64,000 nucleotides of DNA from the NCBI GenBank assembly GCA_039821145.1, contig JBCBOS010000023.1, positions 64,609-128,608 on the forward strand, read 5' to 3'. This DNA is from Bacteroidota bacterium. Lineage in GTDB: Bacteria > Bacteroidota > Bacteroidia > Chitinophagales > Saprospiraceae. Made by a program: the position numbers and the translations under genes. Below, in pieces: positions 55,846 through 64,000 of this stretch. The notes under the pieces were generated by a model that did not search any database, was not told where the DNA came from, and was given only the letters and a program-made list of their open reading frames with translations. Position 1 is the first letter of the stretch, and the number at the start of each line of letters is the position of its first letter.

Positions 55846-55987
55846 TAAAGACTTGTTTAGAACGGAAAACGCCCATGGCCCATTCAATGGTATGTTTTGC
55901 GTTCAGTCAGTTACTCAATTGGACGAGTTGGCGCCATTGTGTGGTACCAACAGTGTGAAAGCGGTCGTAAAAATAGCATAAAATAGC

Positions 55988-56022
55988 AAAAGAGTGTAGT
56001 CCATCGTACAGACTACACTCTT
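55988..56022 (-). terminator. Rho-independent terminator downstream of rpsT (minus strand)
   Basis: 'agagtgtagtc catcgtaca gactacactct' is an 11-bp perfect stem; on the minus strand it is followed by 'tttgctattttatgctatttt'. Confidence 0.65.
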
Positions 56023-56058
56023 TTGAGCCAAGATTGTGCAAATGCGATCAGATACCTC

Positions 56059-56310
56059 TTAGAGGCTGGCCACGTAGCGGGTCAGTTTTCCTTTGAGGTT
56101 GGAGGCCTTGTTCTTGTGCCAGGTATTGCGCTTGGCCAAGCGATCGATCATGCTGATGACCTTTGGCAAAAACTTTTTGGCTTCTGAAGAGTCGGTCATT
56201 TCGCGCAGTTTTTGGATGGCTGTGCGAGTAGACTTCTTGTAGTAGCGATTGGCCAGTCTTTTCTTGGCATCTTGGCGAATCCGCTTTTTGGCTGACTGAT
56301 GATGTGCCAT
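56059..56310 (-). CDS. rpsT: 30S ribosomal protein S20
   Basis: 'MAHHQSAKKRIRQDAKKRLANRYYKKSTRTAIQKL...' is a typical basic S20; 83 aa. Confidence 0.9.
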   Translation of the reverse strand: MAHHQSAKKRIRQDAKKRLANRYYKKSTRTAIQKLREMTDSSEAKKFLPKVISMIDRLAKRNTWHKNKASNLKGKLTRYVASL

Positions 56311-56696
56311 ATGCTGAATTTCTTATTTGACTTCAAAATGTTTTGGTACAGGGCATAGAATGATCCCTTTTCCGTACCGGAGCGCAAAGTTATGTGTTTT
56401 TGTACGAACAAACAAATTATGATGTGATAAATGATGTGGCTTTTCGGGAAAAGCAGGGCAACTACAGCATCTTTTTTCCCATCCATCCTTCAAAGTAGGC
56501 CCAAAGTCTTTCCCTGTGTAGACCAGTGAAAGAAGTGACGGACAAACGGTCATTTATTTCCGACATATTTTATAAATTTCTACGATATTTGCTTCAATTT
56601 ACGCTATAGCAAACAGAGAAGGCCCGACAATTCTTTTTGGCATCAACTTTTCCAGGGTCTTTTCGTAAAAAGTATCAAAGAGTAAAAACCAAATTT

Positions 56697-59459
56697 ATGA
56701 AAGACTACTCCTATGTCTTCAATGCTCACCCCAGCTACATAGAGTCCATCTATCAACAATATCTCGACAATCCCGAGTCCGTAGATCAAGGCTGGCGCAC
56801 CTTCTTTCAAGGGTTCGAATTTGCCCAAAATGGCATGAACGGCAGCACCAGCAATGGCCACTCCACCAACGGCCACTCTGCTGCAGGCAATCAAGTCGAC
56901 AAGGAATTCGGTGTACAATCCATCATCCACGGTTTTCGCAACCGAGGACATCTATTGTCCACCACCAATCCCATACGCGAACGCCGGGACCGCCGCCCGC
57001 ACTTGCAGCTGAGCGACTACAATCTGGAAGAAAGCGACCTCAACAAGGTATTCAAAGCGGGAGAAGAGATCGGAATGAAAAATGCAACGCTGCAGCAAAT
57101 TCTGGATCGACTCAAAGCCATCTATTGCGGCAACATCGGCTTTGAATATTCCTACATCGAAAAGCGGGAAAGAAGAATGTGGCTGCGCGACAAAATCGAA
57201 AATCGCCCTCTGAACAACTATGGCATCGATGTGGAGAAAAGGCACCGCATACTCGAAAAGCTCAACGGTGCCGTCATCTTCGAAAGATTTTTGCACACCA
57301 AATACATCGGCCAAAAGCGCTTTTCCCTCGAAGGAGGAGAAACCGCCATCGCCGCCCTGGACGCCATCATCAACAAAGCAGGGGAAGACAAAGTGGAGGA
57401 AGTCGTCATTGGGATGGCCCACCGCGGCAGGCTCAACGTGCTGGCCAATGTCATGGGCAAAACCTACGAGCAAATCTTCAACGAATTTGAAGGCACTGCC
57501 ATTCCCGATCTGAGTTTTGGAGACGGAGACGTCAAATACCACCTGGGCTTCTCCTCCCAAGTCAACATGCCCAACGGCAAGATGATGAACCTTAAGTTGG
57601 CCCCCAACCCCTCGCATCTCGAATCTGTCAATACGGTTGTCGAAGGCTTCTCACGGGCCAAGGCAGACATCCTGTACGACAGTGATTACGACAAAATCCT
57701 GCCCATCCTGATCCATGGTGATGCCGCCATTGCCGGACAGGGAGTGGTGTACGAAACTGTGCAGATGAGCCAACTGGAGGGCTACTACACTGGTGGGACC
57801 ATCCACTTTGTGATCAACAACCAGGTGGGCTTCACCACCGATTTTGACGATGCCCGTTCTTCTACTTACTGTACTGGGGTGGCCAGTCTGGTCCAAGCCC
57901 CTGTCTTCCACGTCAATGGCGATGACCCGGATGCCGTGGTATTTGCCGTAGAACTGGCCACAGAATATCGCCAAAAATTCAATACCGATGTCTTTGTAGA
58001 TATGGTGTGCTATCGCCGCCACGGTCACAATGAGGGGGACGACCCCAAGTTTACACAACCCAACATGTACAAGTACATCAGCAAGCATCCCGACCCGCGC
58101 GAGATCTACTCCAAGAGGCTGGTGGAAACAGGCGCTGTGGAAAAGGAATTGGCGGAAAAAATGGAGCAAGAGTTTTGGCAGGAGTTGCAAAGGCGGCTCG
58201 ACATGGTCAAGCAAAAGCCCCTACCATATGACTACCAACAGCCCGAATTGGCCTGGAGGGCACTCAAGAAAACTACTGATCCCAAGGACTTCGAGATCTC
58301 CCCTCCTACTGGCATCGAAAGAACACGCGTCGACAGCATCATCCAACACTTGATGACTCTGCCGGACAACTTCAAGCCCCTCAGCAAAGTCAATCGACTG
58401 CTCAAGGGCAAGGCCAAGTTGCTGGACAAAGGACAGTTGGATTGGGCATTGGGCGAACTGTTGGCCTATGGCTCCATCCTATTGGAAAACAAGAATGTGC
58501 GGATGAGTGGACAGGATGTCAAAAGAGGAACTTTCTCGCACCGCCACGCCATCTTCTACGATGCAGAGACCAATGAGGAATACAACCGCCTCAACCACTT
58601 GACCGACGAACAAGGAGAATTCCTGATCTACAACTCCCTCTTGTCTGAATTTGGGGCATTGGGTTTCGAATACGGCTATTCCATGGCTTCGCCGGATTCT
58701 CTCGTCATTTGGGAAGCGCAATTTGGAGACTTTTACAATGGAGCGCAGACCATCGTCGACCAGTATGTGTCGGCGGCAGAGAGCAAGTGGCAGCGAATGA
58801 GCGGATTGGTCATGCTGTTGCCCCATGGCTACGAAGGCCAAGGACCAGAGCACTCCAGCGCCCGCCTCGAACGCTTTTTGCAGATGTGTGCCGAGAAGAA
58901 CCTCACGGTGGTCAACATCACCACTCCGGCCAACTTCTTCCACGCCATGCGTCGCCAATTGGCTCGCCCCTTCCGCAAGCCATTGATCGTCATGTCGCCC
59001 AAATCCTTGTTGCGACATCCTCTCTGCGTCTCGCCCATCGAAGCCTTCGAAGACAAGACCGAAAACAGCTTCTACGAGTACTACGACGACCCGGCTGTCA
59101 ACAGCAAAAACCTCAAGAAGGTCAAGCGAGCTTTGTTCTGTACTGGAAAGGTCTACTACGATCTGTTGCAATACAAGATGGAGAATGACCGGGACGATGT
59201 CGCCATCATCCGCATCGAGCAGTTGTATCCCTTCCCCAAAAAGCACATCGATGCCTTGTTGGAAAAGTACAATGCGACCAAAAACTACTGGGTGCAGGAA
59301 GAACCGACCAACATGGGAGCATGGCCATTCATCGCCTACAAGTACCCGAAGATGGACTTCGAACTGATCGCCCGCAAGCCAAGTGCCTCCCCTGCCACAG
59401 GATTCAAAAAGGCACACGACGAGCAACAAAAGGAAATCGTCGAAAAGGCATTTTCCTAA
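56697..59459 (+). CDS. sucA: 2-oxoglutarate dehydrogenase E1 component
   Basis: 'MKDYSYVFNAHPSYIESIYQQYLDNPESVD', 'HRGRLNVLANVMGK', and the ThDP-binding region 'GDAAIAGQGVVYETVQMSQL'; 920 aa from the internal ATG. Confidence 0.9.
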   Translation: MKDYSYVFNAHPSYIESIYQQYLDNPESVDQGWRTFFQGFEFAQNGMNGSTSNGHSTNGHSAAGNQVDKEFGVQSIIHGFRNRGHLLSTTNPIRERRDRRPHLQLSDYNLEESDLNKVFKAGEEIGMKNATLQQILDRLKAIYCGNIGFEYSYIEKRERRMWLRDKIENRPLNNYGIDVEKRHRILEKLNGAVIFERFLHTKYIGQKRFSLEGGETAIAALDAIINKAGEDKVEEVVIGMAHRGRLNVLANVMGKTYEQIFNEFEGTAIPDLSFGDGDVKYHLGFSSQVNMPNGKMMNLKLAPNPSHLESVNTVVEGFSRAKADILYDSDYDKILPILIHGDAAIAGQGVVYETVQMSQLEGYYTGGTIHFVINNQVGFTTDFDDARSSTYCTGVASLVQAPVFHVNGDDPDAVVFAVELATEYRQKFNTDVFVDMVCYRRHGHNEGDDPKFTQPNMYKYISKHPDPREIYSKRLVETGAVEKELAEKMEQEFWQELQRRLDMVKQKPLPYDYQQPELAWRALKKTTDPKDFEISPPTGIERTRVDSIIQHLMTLPDNFKPLSKVNRLLKGKAKLLDKGQLDWALGELLAYGSILLENKNVRMSGQDVKRGTFSHRHAIFYDAETNEEYNRLNHLTDEQGEFLIYNSLLSEFGALGFEYGYSMASPDSLVIWEAQFGDFYNGAQTIVDQYVSAAESKWQRMSGLVMLLPHGYEGQGPEHSSARLERFLQMCAEKNLTVVNITTPANFFHAMRRQLARPFRKPLIVMSPKSLLRHPLCVSPIEAFEDKTENSFYEYYDDPAVNSKNLKKVKRALFCTGKVYYDLLQYKMENDRDDVAIIRIEQLYPFPKKHIDALLEKYNATKNYWVQEEPTNMGAWPFIAYKYPKMDFELIARKPSASPATGFKKAHDEQQKEIVEKAFS

Positions 59460-59490
59460 CCTTCAACAGCGACAACACCCAAAAAGAGAA

Positions 59491-59519
59491 GTGCTTGGAG
59501 TCTGATCGACTCCAAGCAC
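59491..59519 (+). terminator. Stem-loop immediately after sucA (possible terminator)
   Basis: 'gtgcttggagtc tgatc gactccaagcac' is a 12-bp perfect stem starting 32 nt after the stop; it is followed by 'atatata' rather than a clean T-run. Confidence 0.45.
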
Positions 59520-59891
59520 ATATATAAGAGAGATAGCTATTCAATCAATAAGTAGTTGTACAAGCAAAAATAACAGATTAGAGGAAGGTAATAACTCTGG
59601 GTTGGTTGATTGACAGCCCATCTCTCATTGATAGCAGAGTTGTGTCATTAACTCATAGATTGGGTTTGACTCTAGACTTTGTTCCGCTCTCCTCGGCCGT
59701 TACCCGCGCTCCTCTCCTCTCTCTGCGATCTCTCTTTTGCGCCGACGAATCAGCCCCTGCAATGAAGTACAGCATGAAGAAGATGGAAAGTGCAATGGTC
59801 AGCCTGTTGTAGAGGAAGGACATGAATTCACCATCATTGGCGACGCCTTCAGAACTAACGTACAGAAATAAGTCATTCATATCAATTGATT

Positions 59892-60890
59892 TTATACAAA
59901 GCCTACAACGTTTTGTATGAGAAAGTAATAAAAGGGGATTCCGATGATGATGTTGATTGGGAAAGTGATTCCCAGGGCCATGGGCAGGTACAAACCAGGA
60001 TTTGCCTTGGGCATCGCCTGCTTAAAGGCAGCTGGAACTGCGATGTAAGAGGCCCCTGCGCCCAGTATGGCAAAGAGCAATAAGTTGCCTGCCGAATGCG
60101 TGAGAAAGGACGCCATTCCCAAGGCCAACAGGCCGTTGAAAAATGGAATGATGCTGGCAAAGAGCAACAAAAACCGCCCATTTCGTTTCATATCACCCAA
60201 CTGGCTGCCCGCCCGGATGCCCATGTCGAGAAGGAACACCGCCAAGAATCCTTTGAAAATATCGGTGGTGAAAGGTTTGATCCCCTCCGCCTGAGCGTCG
60301 CTGGCCAGGTACCCGATGATGAGGCTTCCCAGGATCAGGAAGACGCTGGCATTGTTGAGAGAGTGATTGAATACCTTGCCGAAGGAAGTATCGGAGACCG
60401 AGGTACCCGATTCTTTGCTCTCAGCGAGGGAAATCATCAATATCCCTATGACGATGGCTGGTGCCTCCATGAGTGCCATGACAGCGATCATGTGACCGCC
60501 AAAGCCCACCCCTTCGAAATCAAGAAAAGAAATGGCTGTCACGAAGGTAACAGCACTAACGGAGCCGTAACACGCTGCGATTGCACCTGCATTCTTTGTA
60601 CTTACCCGCCGCTTGAGGACAAAAAATGCCATCACAGGGATGAGACAAGCCAAAGCAACTCCCAAGAGGAGGCTGGCGAGGATTTCGCCGTCTACCGGGC
60701 TGTGAGACAACTCATTGCCTCCTTTGAACCCAATCGACAGCAACAGGTAGATGGAAATGAACTTGGAGGAGTTATCGGGAATTCTCAAATCGTTTTTGAA
60801 CTGAACGGCGAGGATTCCCAATATGAAAAACAGCAGTGCCGGATTCGTTAGATTTTCGAATAAACTCGACATATCACTAGCGGATTTCAA
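59892..60890 (-). CDS. SbtA-like (DUF897) sodium-dependent bicarbonate-transporter-family permease
   Basis: About 10 TM helices; 'IPDNSSKFISIYLLLSIGFKGGNEL' resembles the SbtA-family signature; a divergent LysR regulator is adjacent, as in CCM loci. Confidence 0.55.
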   Translation of the reverse strand: MKSASDMSSLFENLTNPALLFFILGILAVQFKNDLRIPDNSSKFISIYLLLSIGFKGGNELSHSPVDGEILASLLLGVALACLIPVMAFFVLKRRVSTKNAGAIAACYGSVSAVTFVTAISFLDFEGVGFGGHMIAVMALMEAPAIVIGILMISLAESKESGTSVSDTSFGKVFNHSLNNASVFLILGSLIIGYLASDAQAEGIKPFTTDIFKGFLAVFLLDMGIRAGSQLGDMKRNGRFLLLFASIIPFFNGLLALGMASFLTHSAGNLLLFAILGAGASYIAVPAAFKQAMPKANPGLYLPMALGITFPINIIIGIPFYYFLIQNVVGFV

Positions 60891-61140
60891 TCATGGTTTT
60901 CTTGGTGAGCTTGAGGTCCAAGCCCAATTCTTCTACCTCAAGCATGAGGGTGTGCAGCTTCAGGTTTGGAATTTCGTTGAACTCCAATTGGCCATCCTTA
61001 TTCAACTTCGCTTTGTTGGGATTGATTCCGTTGTTTTTCAGCAACTTTCTGATGACCTTATTCAGCTTTTCCTTTGTGAAGTTGTGCTTGGTACTTGCAC
61101 AGGAAGGATGTGTATATGTTTCTGACATTGAGATAACCAT
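60877..61140 (-). CDS. Possible small protein upstream of the SbtA-like gene
   Basis: 87-aa ORF co-oriented with the permease and overlapping it by 14 nt; a competing 89-aa ORF lies on the + strand at 60893..61162; no recognisable fold. Confidence 0.3.
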   Translation of the reverse strand: MVISMSETYTHPSCASTKHNFTKEKLNKVIRKLLKNNGINPNKAKLNKDGQLEFNEIPNLKLHTLMLEVEELGLDLKLTKKTMIEIR

Positions 61141-61245
61141 CGTCCTAATTTTTTTGAGTTGAATAATTCAATTGCACCACAAAGATGTGGGGAATATTTA
61201 TTAAATTTAATTTATGTTTATAATGCATGACATAAACTAAAACTT

Positions 61246-62154
61246 ATGAATTACACATTACACCAACTTCGCATCTTCCTCAAAGTATGCGAAGCAGGTA
61301 GCATTACCAAGGCCTCCGAAGAGCTGTTTTTGACACAACCAGCCATCTCCATACAACTGAAAAAATTGCAAGATGAGTTCGAGATTCCACTGACCGAAGT
61401 CATTGGCAGAAAGCTGTATATCACAGATTTTGGACTGCGAATTCGCGCTTTGGCAGAAGATATTTTGGAAAAAGTGGATCAGATCAAATCTTCTGTTGAT
61501 CAGTACAAAGGCATTCTGAGTGGGCAAATCAAGATCGCATCGGCATCCAGCGGCAAGTATGTCATCCCCTATTTTTTGACTGGATTCATGCGAAAACACC
61601 CCGGAGTTTCCATCTCCATCGACGTGGCCAACAAGACCAAAGTTGTGGAAAAACTTCAGGAAAACTCCATCGATTTTGCCATGATTTCCGTCATCCCAAG
61701 CAATCTTTCGCTCAACTGTATCCCCCTCATTCGCAACGAACTGCAGCTGGTCGCCTCTGCCGACTACCCGGGAATCAACAAACGAATGCCACTCAAAAAG
61801 CTCAATACACACACACTCATCTTCCGAGAAAAAGGCTCTGCTACCAGAGCAGCCATGGAAAATTACTTGCAAAAGAACCAGGTACAAACCAAGCGATCCA
61901 TGTATCTGGTATCCAACGAGGCGGTCAAACAGGCAGTGAAGGCGGGACTGGGCTTGTCGATCATGCCTCTGGTAGGCATCAGAAGTGAATTGGCACTGAA
62001 CGCCATGAAGATCGTCCAAATGAAAAACCTCCCCATCGTGACCCAATGGAATTTGGCCTACGGCAGCGGCAAGCAACTCTCACCAGTCCACCAAGCGCTG
62101 ATCGAGTACATCAGTGAACACAAGGAACGAATTGGGGAAAAGCATTTTTCTTGA
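61246..62154 (+). CDS. LysR family transcriptional regulator
   Basis: 'MNYTLHQLRIFLKVCEAGSITKASEELFLTQPAISIQLKKLQDEF' is the LysR HTH, followed by a LysR substrate-binding domain; 302 aa. Confidence 0.85.
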   Translation: MNYTLHQLRIFLKVCEAGSITKASEELFLTQPAISIQLKKLQDEFEIPLTEVIGRKLYITDFGLRIRALAEDILEKVDQIKSSVDQYKGILSGQIKIASASSGKYVIPYFLTGFMRKHPGVSISIDVANKTKVVEKLQENSIDFAMISVIPSNLSLNCIPLIRNELQLVASADYPGINKRMPLKKLNTHTLIFREKGSATRAAMENYLQKNQVQTKRSMYLVSNEAVKQAVKAGLGLSIMPLVGIRSELALNAMKIVQMKNLPIVTQWNLAYGSGKQLSPVHQALIEYISEHKERIGEKHFS

Positions 62155-62224
62155 GGAGAGAACAAATGGAAGAAACCAAGACAAGGCGCTGGAGTTGGAC
62201 CTTGTCTTGGCATCAGCAGAAGGC

Positions 62225-63439
62225 CTACAGGTCTCTGGGAGAATGAATGTTGCAGCGATAGCCCACTCCCAGGGAAATCTTTTCAGCACCTGGCATCCTA
62301 CCGCGGAAAGGGTCATTGGCCCCATCATCTATGACAAAGGCCGCATCGACATATATCCCCTTGTAAGACAGCCCACTGCCAAAGCTCCAAAAGGTCCGAT
62401 TGCCCTTGGAGGGGTCTTCGTAGCGATAGCCAAAGCGGAGGGAGGCCCGCAAGTCGCGGTAGCTATAGCCCATCTCCATTCCAATTTTGCGGATGATCTC
62501 TCGAAAATCTTCTCCACCATGATGGTCGTCGGTGAAGGAAGTCAACATGCCTTCCAAGGCTGATTTTTCCAAGTAGTCTGCTACAAAGTTTTCGTCGTCG
62601 TCGCAATTGCAGGGAGTCGGAACCATGAGCTTGTCAAACTGCAGCGACATCCCAATGTCAAATCCATGATTGTCGTTCAATTCTTTTGTCAGCCGAAAGG
62701 CGCCTCCCAGGCGAATGATGGCAGGAGAATAGGATTGGGCAAAGTCCCCCTGAAAATAACCCACCTTGGGCCCCATATTCTGAAAGGACAAGCCAGCTGA
62801 CCAATGCAAGGCCAGGCCATTGGAGAGTTGCTGCATGCTGTGAAAATGTACGCCCAAATCAAACATCAGTGTATTGATGGCTTCGTAGCCCTCAAAAATC
62901 TCTTCCCCATCTCTCAACGGATCACTCTTTACGTATTTGAGGCCCGCACCGATGGACCAATTGGGGTGGAGCTGATAGGCATAGGACAGAGACGTCAACC
63001 ACTCGGTGGGTTGCAAATCAATGGTATCGCCAGTGAAAAAGTCGATGGCAAAGGATGATCCCAGTTCAAAGTCTTTGATGTTCAGCCCCAAGGCGTGGCG
63101 CTCGTTTGCCTGTAGCATGACCCCCAGTCCTCGAAAATAGATGGGATCCCCTCCGTTGGACCCATCCAACCAGGGCATGTAAGTGGCATGGACGTCCAGT
63201 TGGCGGTTGTTGGCAGTGAGAAGGGCTGGGTTTTGGGTCAAGGCAGACTGCCCATTGCCGCTCATGTTTACGACACCAACTTCCCCCATTCCCAAATGAT
63301 AGGGCTTGGCATCGATCAATGCAAAAGGAACGGCTGTCCGGATGGGATTGAAATCTCGAAGATTGCCGATGAAAGGACTCTGGGCTGATATGGTTGTGGT
63401 CAACAAACAGGCTAGAAGAATCAGATATTGCGTTTTCAT
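62225..63439 (-). CDS. Putative outer-membrane beta-barrel protein (FadL/PorV-like size)
   Basis: Signal peptide 'MKTQYLILLACLLTTTISAQ'; alternating hydrophobic beta-strand pattern rich in G/Y/F; 404 aa from the internal ATG. Confidence 0.5.
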   Translation of the reverse strand: MKTQYLILLACLLTTTISAQSPFIGNLRDFNPIRTAVPFALIDAKPYHLGMGEVGVVNMSGNGQSALTQNPALLTANNRQLDVHATYMPWLDGSNGGDPIYFRGLGVMLQANERHALGLNIKDFELGSSFAIDFFTGDTIDLQPTEWLTSLSYAYQLHPNWSIGAGLKYVKSDPLRDGEEIFEGYEAINTLMFDLGVHFHSMQQLSNGLALHWSAGLSFQNMGPKVGYFQGDFAQSYSPAIIRLGGAFRLTKELNDNHGFDIGMSLQFDKLMVPTPCNCDDDENFVADYLEKSALEGMLTSFTDDHHGGEDFREIIRKIGMEMGYSYRDLRASLRFGYRYEDPSKGNRTFWSFGSGLSYKGIYVDAAFVIDDGANDPFRGRMPGAEKISLGVGYRCNIHSPRDL

Positions 63440-63629
63440 GTACTTCAAATTTTGGAATTGTTCAAAAAGGATGTCATTCAGGCCGATTGTGGCGGCCTCA
63501 GGGTACATGTCTAGCCATATACAACCAATTGGATTTTTTTGTTGTGCCGACCAATGGGTGATCAGATACTATGGTAGACAGCAGAGAAAGGGAACTGGGT
63601 TGGGCCTTGAGAACATTTTTTCTTTCTGA

Positions 63630-64000
63630 TCAACTGTATTGTTCGATTACTTTGCCGCAGGCCTTGTCCAGCATTTGAAAAACCCGCTCGAAGCCATCGC
63701 CTGCTCCATAGTAAGGATCGGGGACATTTTCGTTGTAACCTGGTTGCCAGAAATTCATGATCAGGTGTACCTTGTCTTCTTGCTCTTTGCTAGAGGCATG
63801 TCGCATGATGCTCCGGTAATTGGCACTGTCCATGGCCATGATGAGGTCGTAGCGGTCCAGGTCAGCTGCTTCAAACTGGCGGGCCCTTTGTCCACTGATG
63901 TCTATCTGATGGCGAGCGGCTACCTCCACCGATCGCGGGTCGGGTGATTCTCCCACATGCCAATAGCCTGTGCCGGCAGAATCGACTTGCCAATCGAGCT
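63630..64000 (-). CDS. Low-molecular-weight protein-tyrosine phosphatase, N-terminus outside the window (partial)
   Basis: C-terminal LMW-PTP region 'VPDPYYGAGDGFERVFQMLDKACGKVIEQY' including the DPYY loop. The CX5R P-loop would lie beyond position 64000; the track's start is an in-frame GTG. Confidence 0.7.
   Translation of the reverse strand, partial: LDWQVDSAGTGYWHVGESPDPRSVEVAARHQIDISGQRARQFEAADLDRYDLIMAMDSANYRSIMRHASSKEQEDKVHLIMNFWQPGYNENVPDPYYGAGDGFERVFQMLDKACGKVIEQYS

Noticed and set aside
58479-59429. 316-aa minus-strand ORF antisense to sucA (and a 221-aa one at 56952..57617)
   Set aside because: The sucA identification is secure and the antisense frames have no motifs.
60893-61162. 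89-aa + strand ORF overlapping the small minus-strand ORF upstream of the SbtA-like gene
   Set aside because: There are two mutually exclusive small ORFs and neither has a recognisable fold. I listed the minus-strand one, co-oriented with the permease, at low confidence, and did not call the + strand ORF.
1-64000. CRISPR arrays, tRNA/rRNA genes, and IS/transposase/integrase genes
   Set aside because: I scanned intergenic regions and ORF products. There are no regularly spaced direct repeats, no tRNA T-loop/acceptor architectures in the larger gaps, and no transposase- or integrase-like ORFs. The only tandem repeats are intragenic (the QN heptads and PKD modules).

Overview
This 64-kb window looks like a chromosomal segment from a Bacteroidota genome. 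The evidence is several secreted proteins with T9SS-type C-terminal sorting domains and Bacteroidota-style lipoproteins, with GC about 50-55% by eye. I found no rRNA, tRNA or CRISPR array; the window is dense coding sequence on both strands.

Recognisable housekeeping genes include obg, prs, radA, asnS, sucA, rpsT, scpB, a pabA/trpG-type amidotransferase, cvpA and an NfeD+flotillin pair. There are many regulators (one AraC, two TetR, one LysR, an orphan histidine kinase, a DksA/TraR zinc finger) and accessory genes: a proline-racemase-family enzyme, two MDR quinone oxidoreductases, a HAD dehalogenase, two paralogous S9 peptidases, a GNAT, a PaaE-like reductase, a Fic protein and an SbtA-like permease.

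The features that deserve a second look are:
- a TIR-only protein (55342..55845) convergent with a 949-aa protein of no recognisable family (52032..54881), flanked by AT-rich spacers, as a candidate defense locus;
- a pentapeptide-repeat gene co-oriented with two tandem paralogous HTH proteins (25038..27732);
- a second pentapeptide-repeat protein whose central region is 13 perfect 'QNxLxxx' heptads (21-bp DNA periodicity, 6123..6395);
- a fusion of an APH-like kinase domain to a RapZ C-terminal domain, overlapping obg by ATGA;
- a Fic gene whose 3' ~400 nt is strongly AT-rich relative to the rest of the window;
- a 1766-aa T9SS cargo in which a two-PKD-domain unit is amplified at least six times around a clan GH-A-like catalytic domain;
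- a shared ~18-mer upstream of two hypothetical genes, and several clean intrinsic-terminator hairpins.

Two caveats. The ORF track writes GTG/TTG starts as 'M', so several N-termini were re-placed at internal ATGs with signal peptides or sensible operon overlaps. Everything here is from reading the sequence and motifs by eye; no searches were run.
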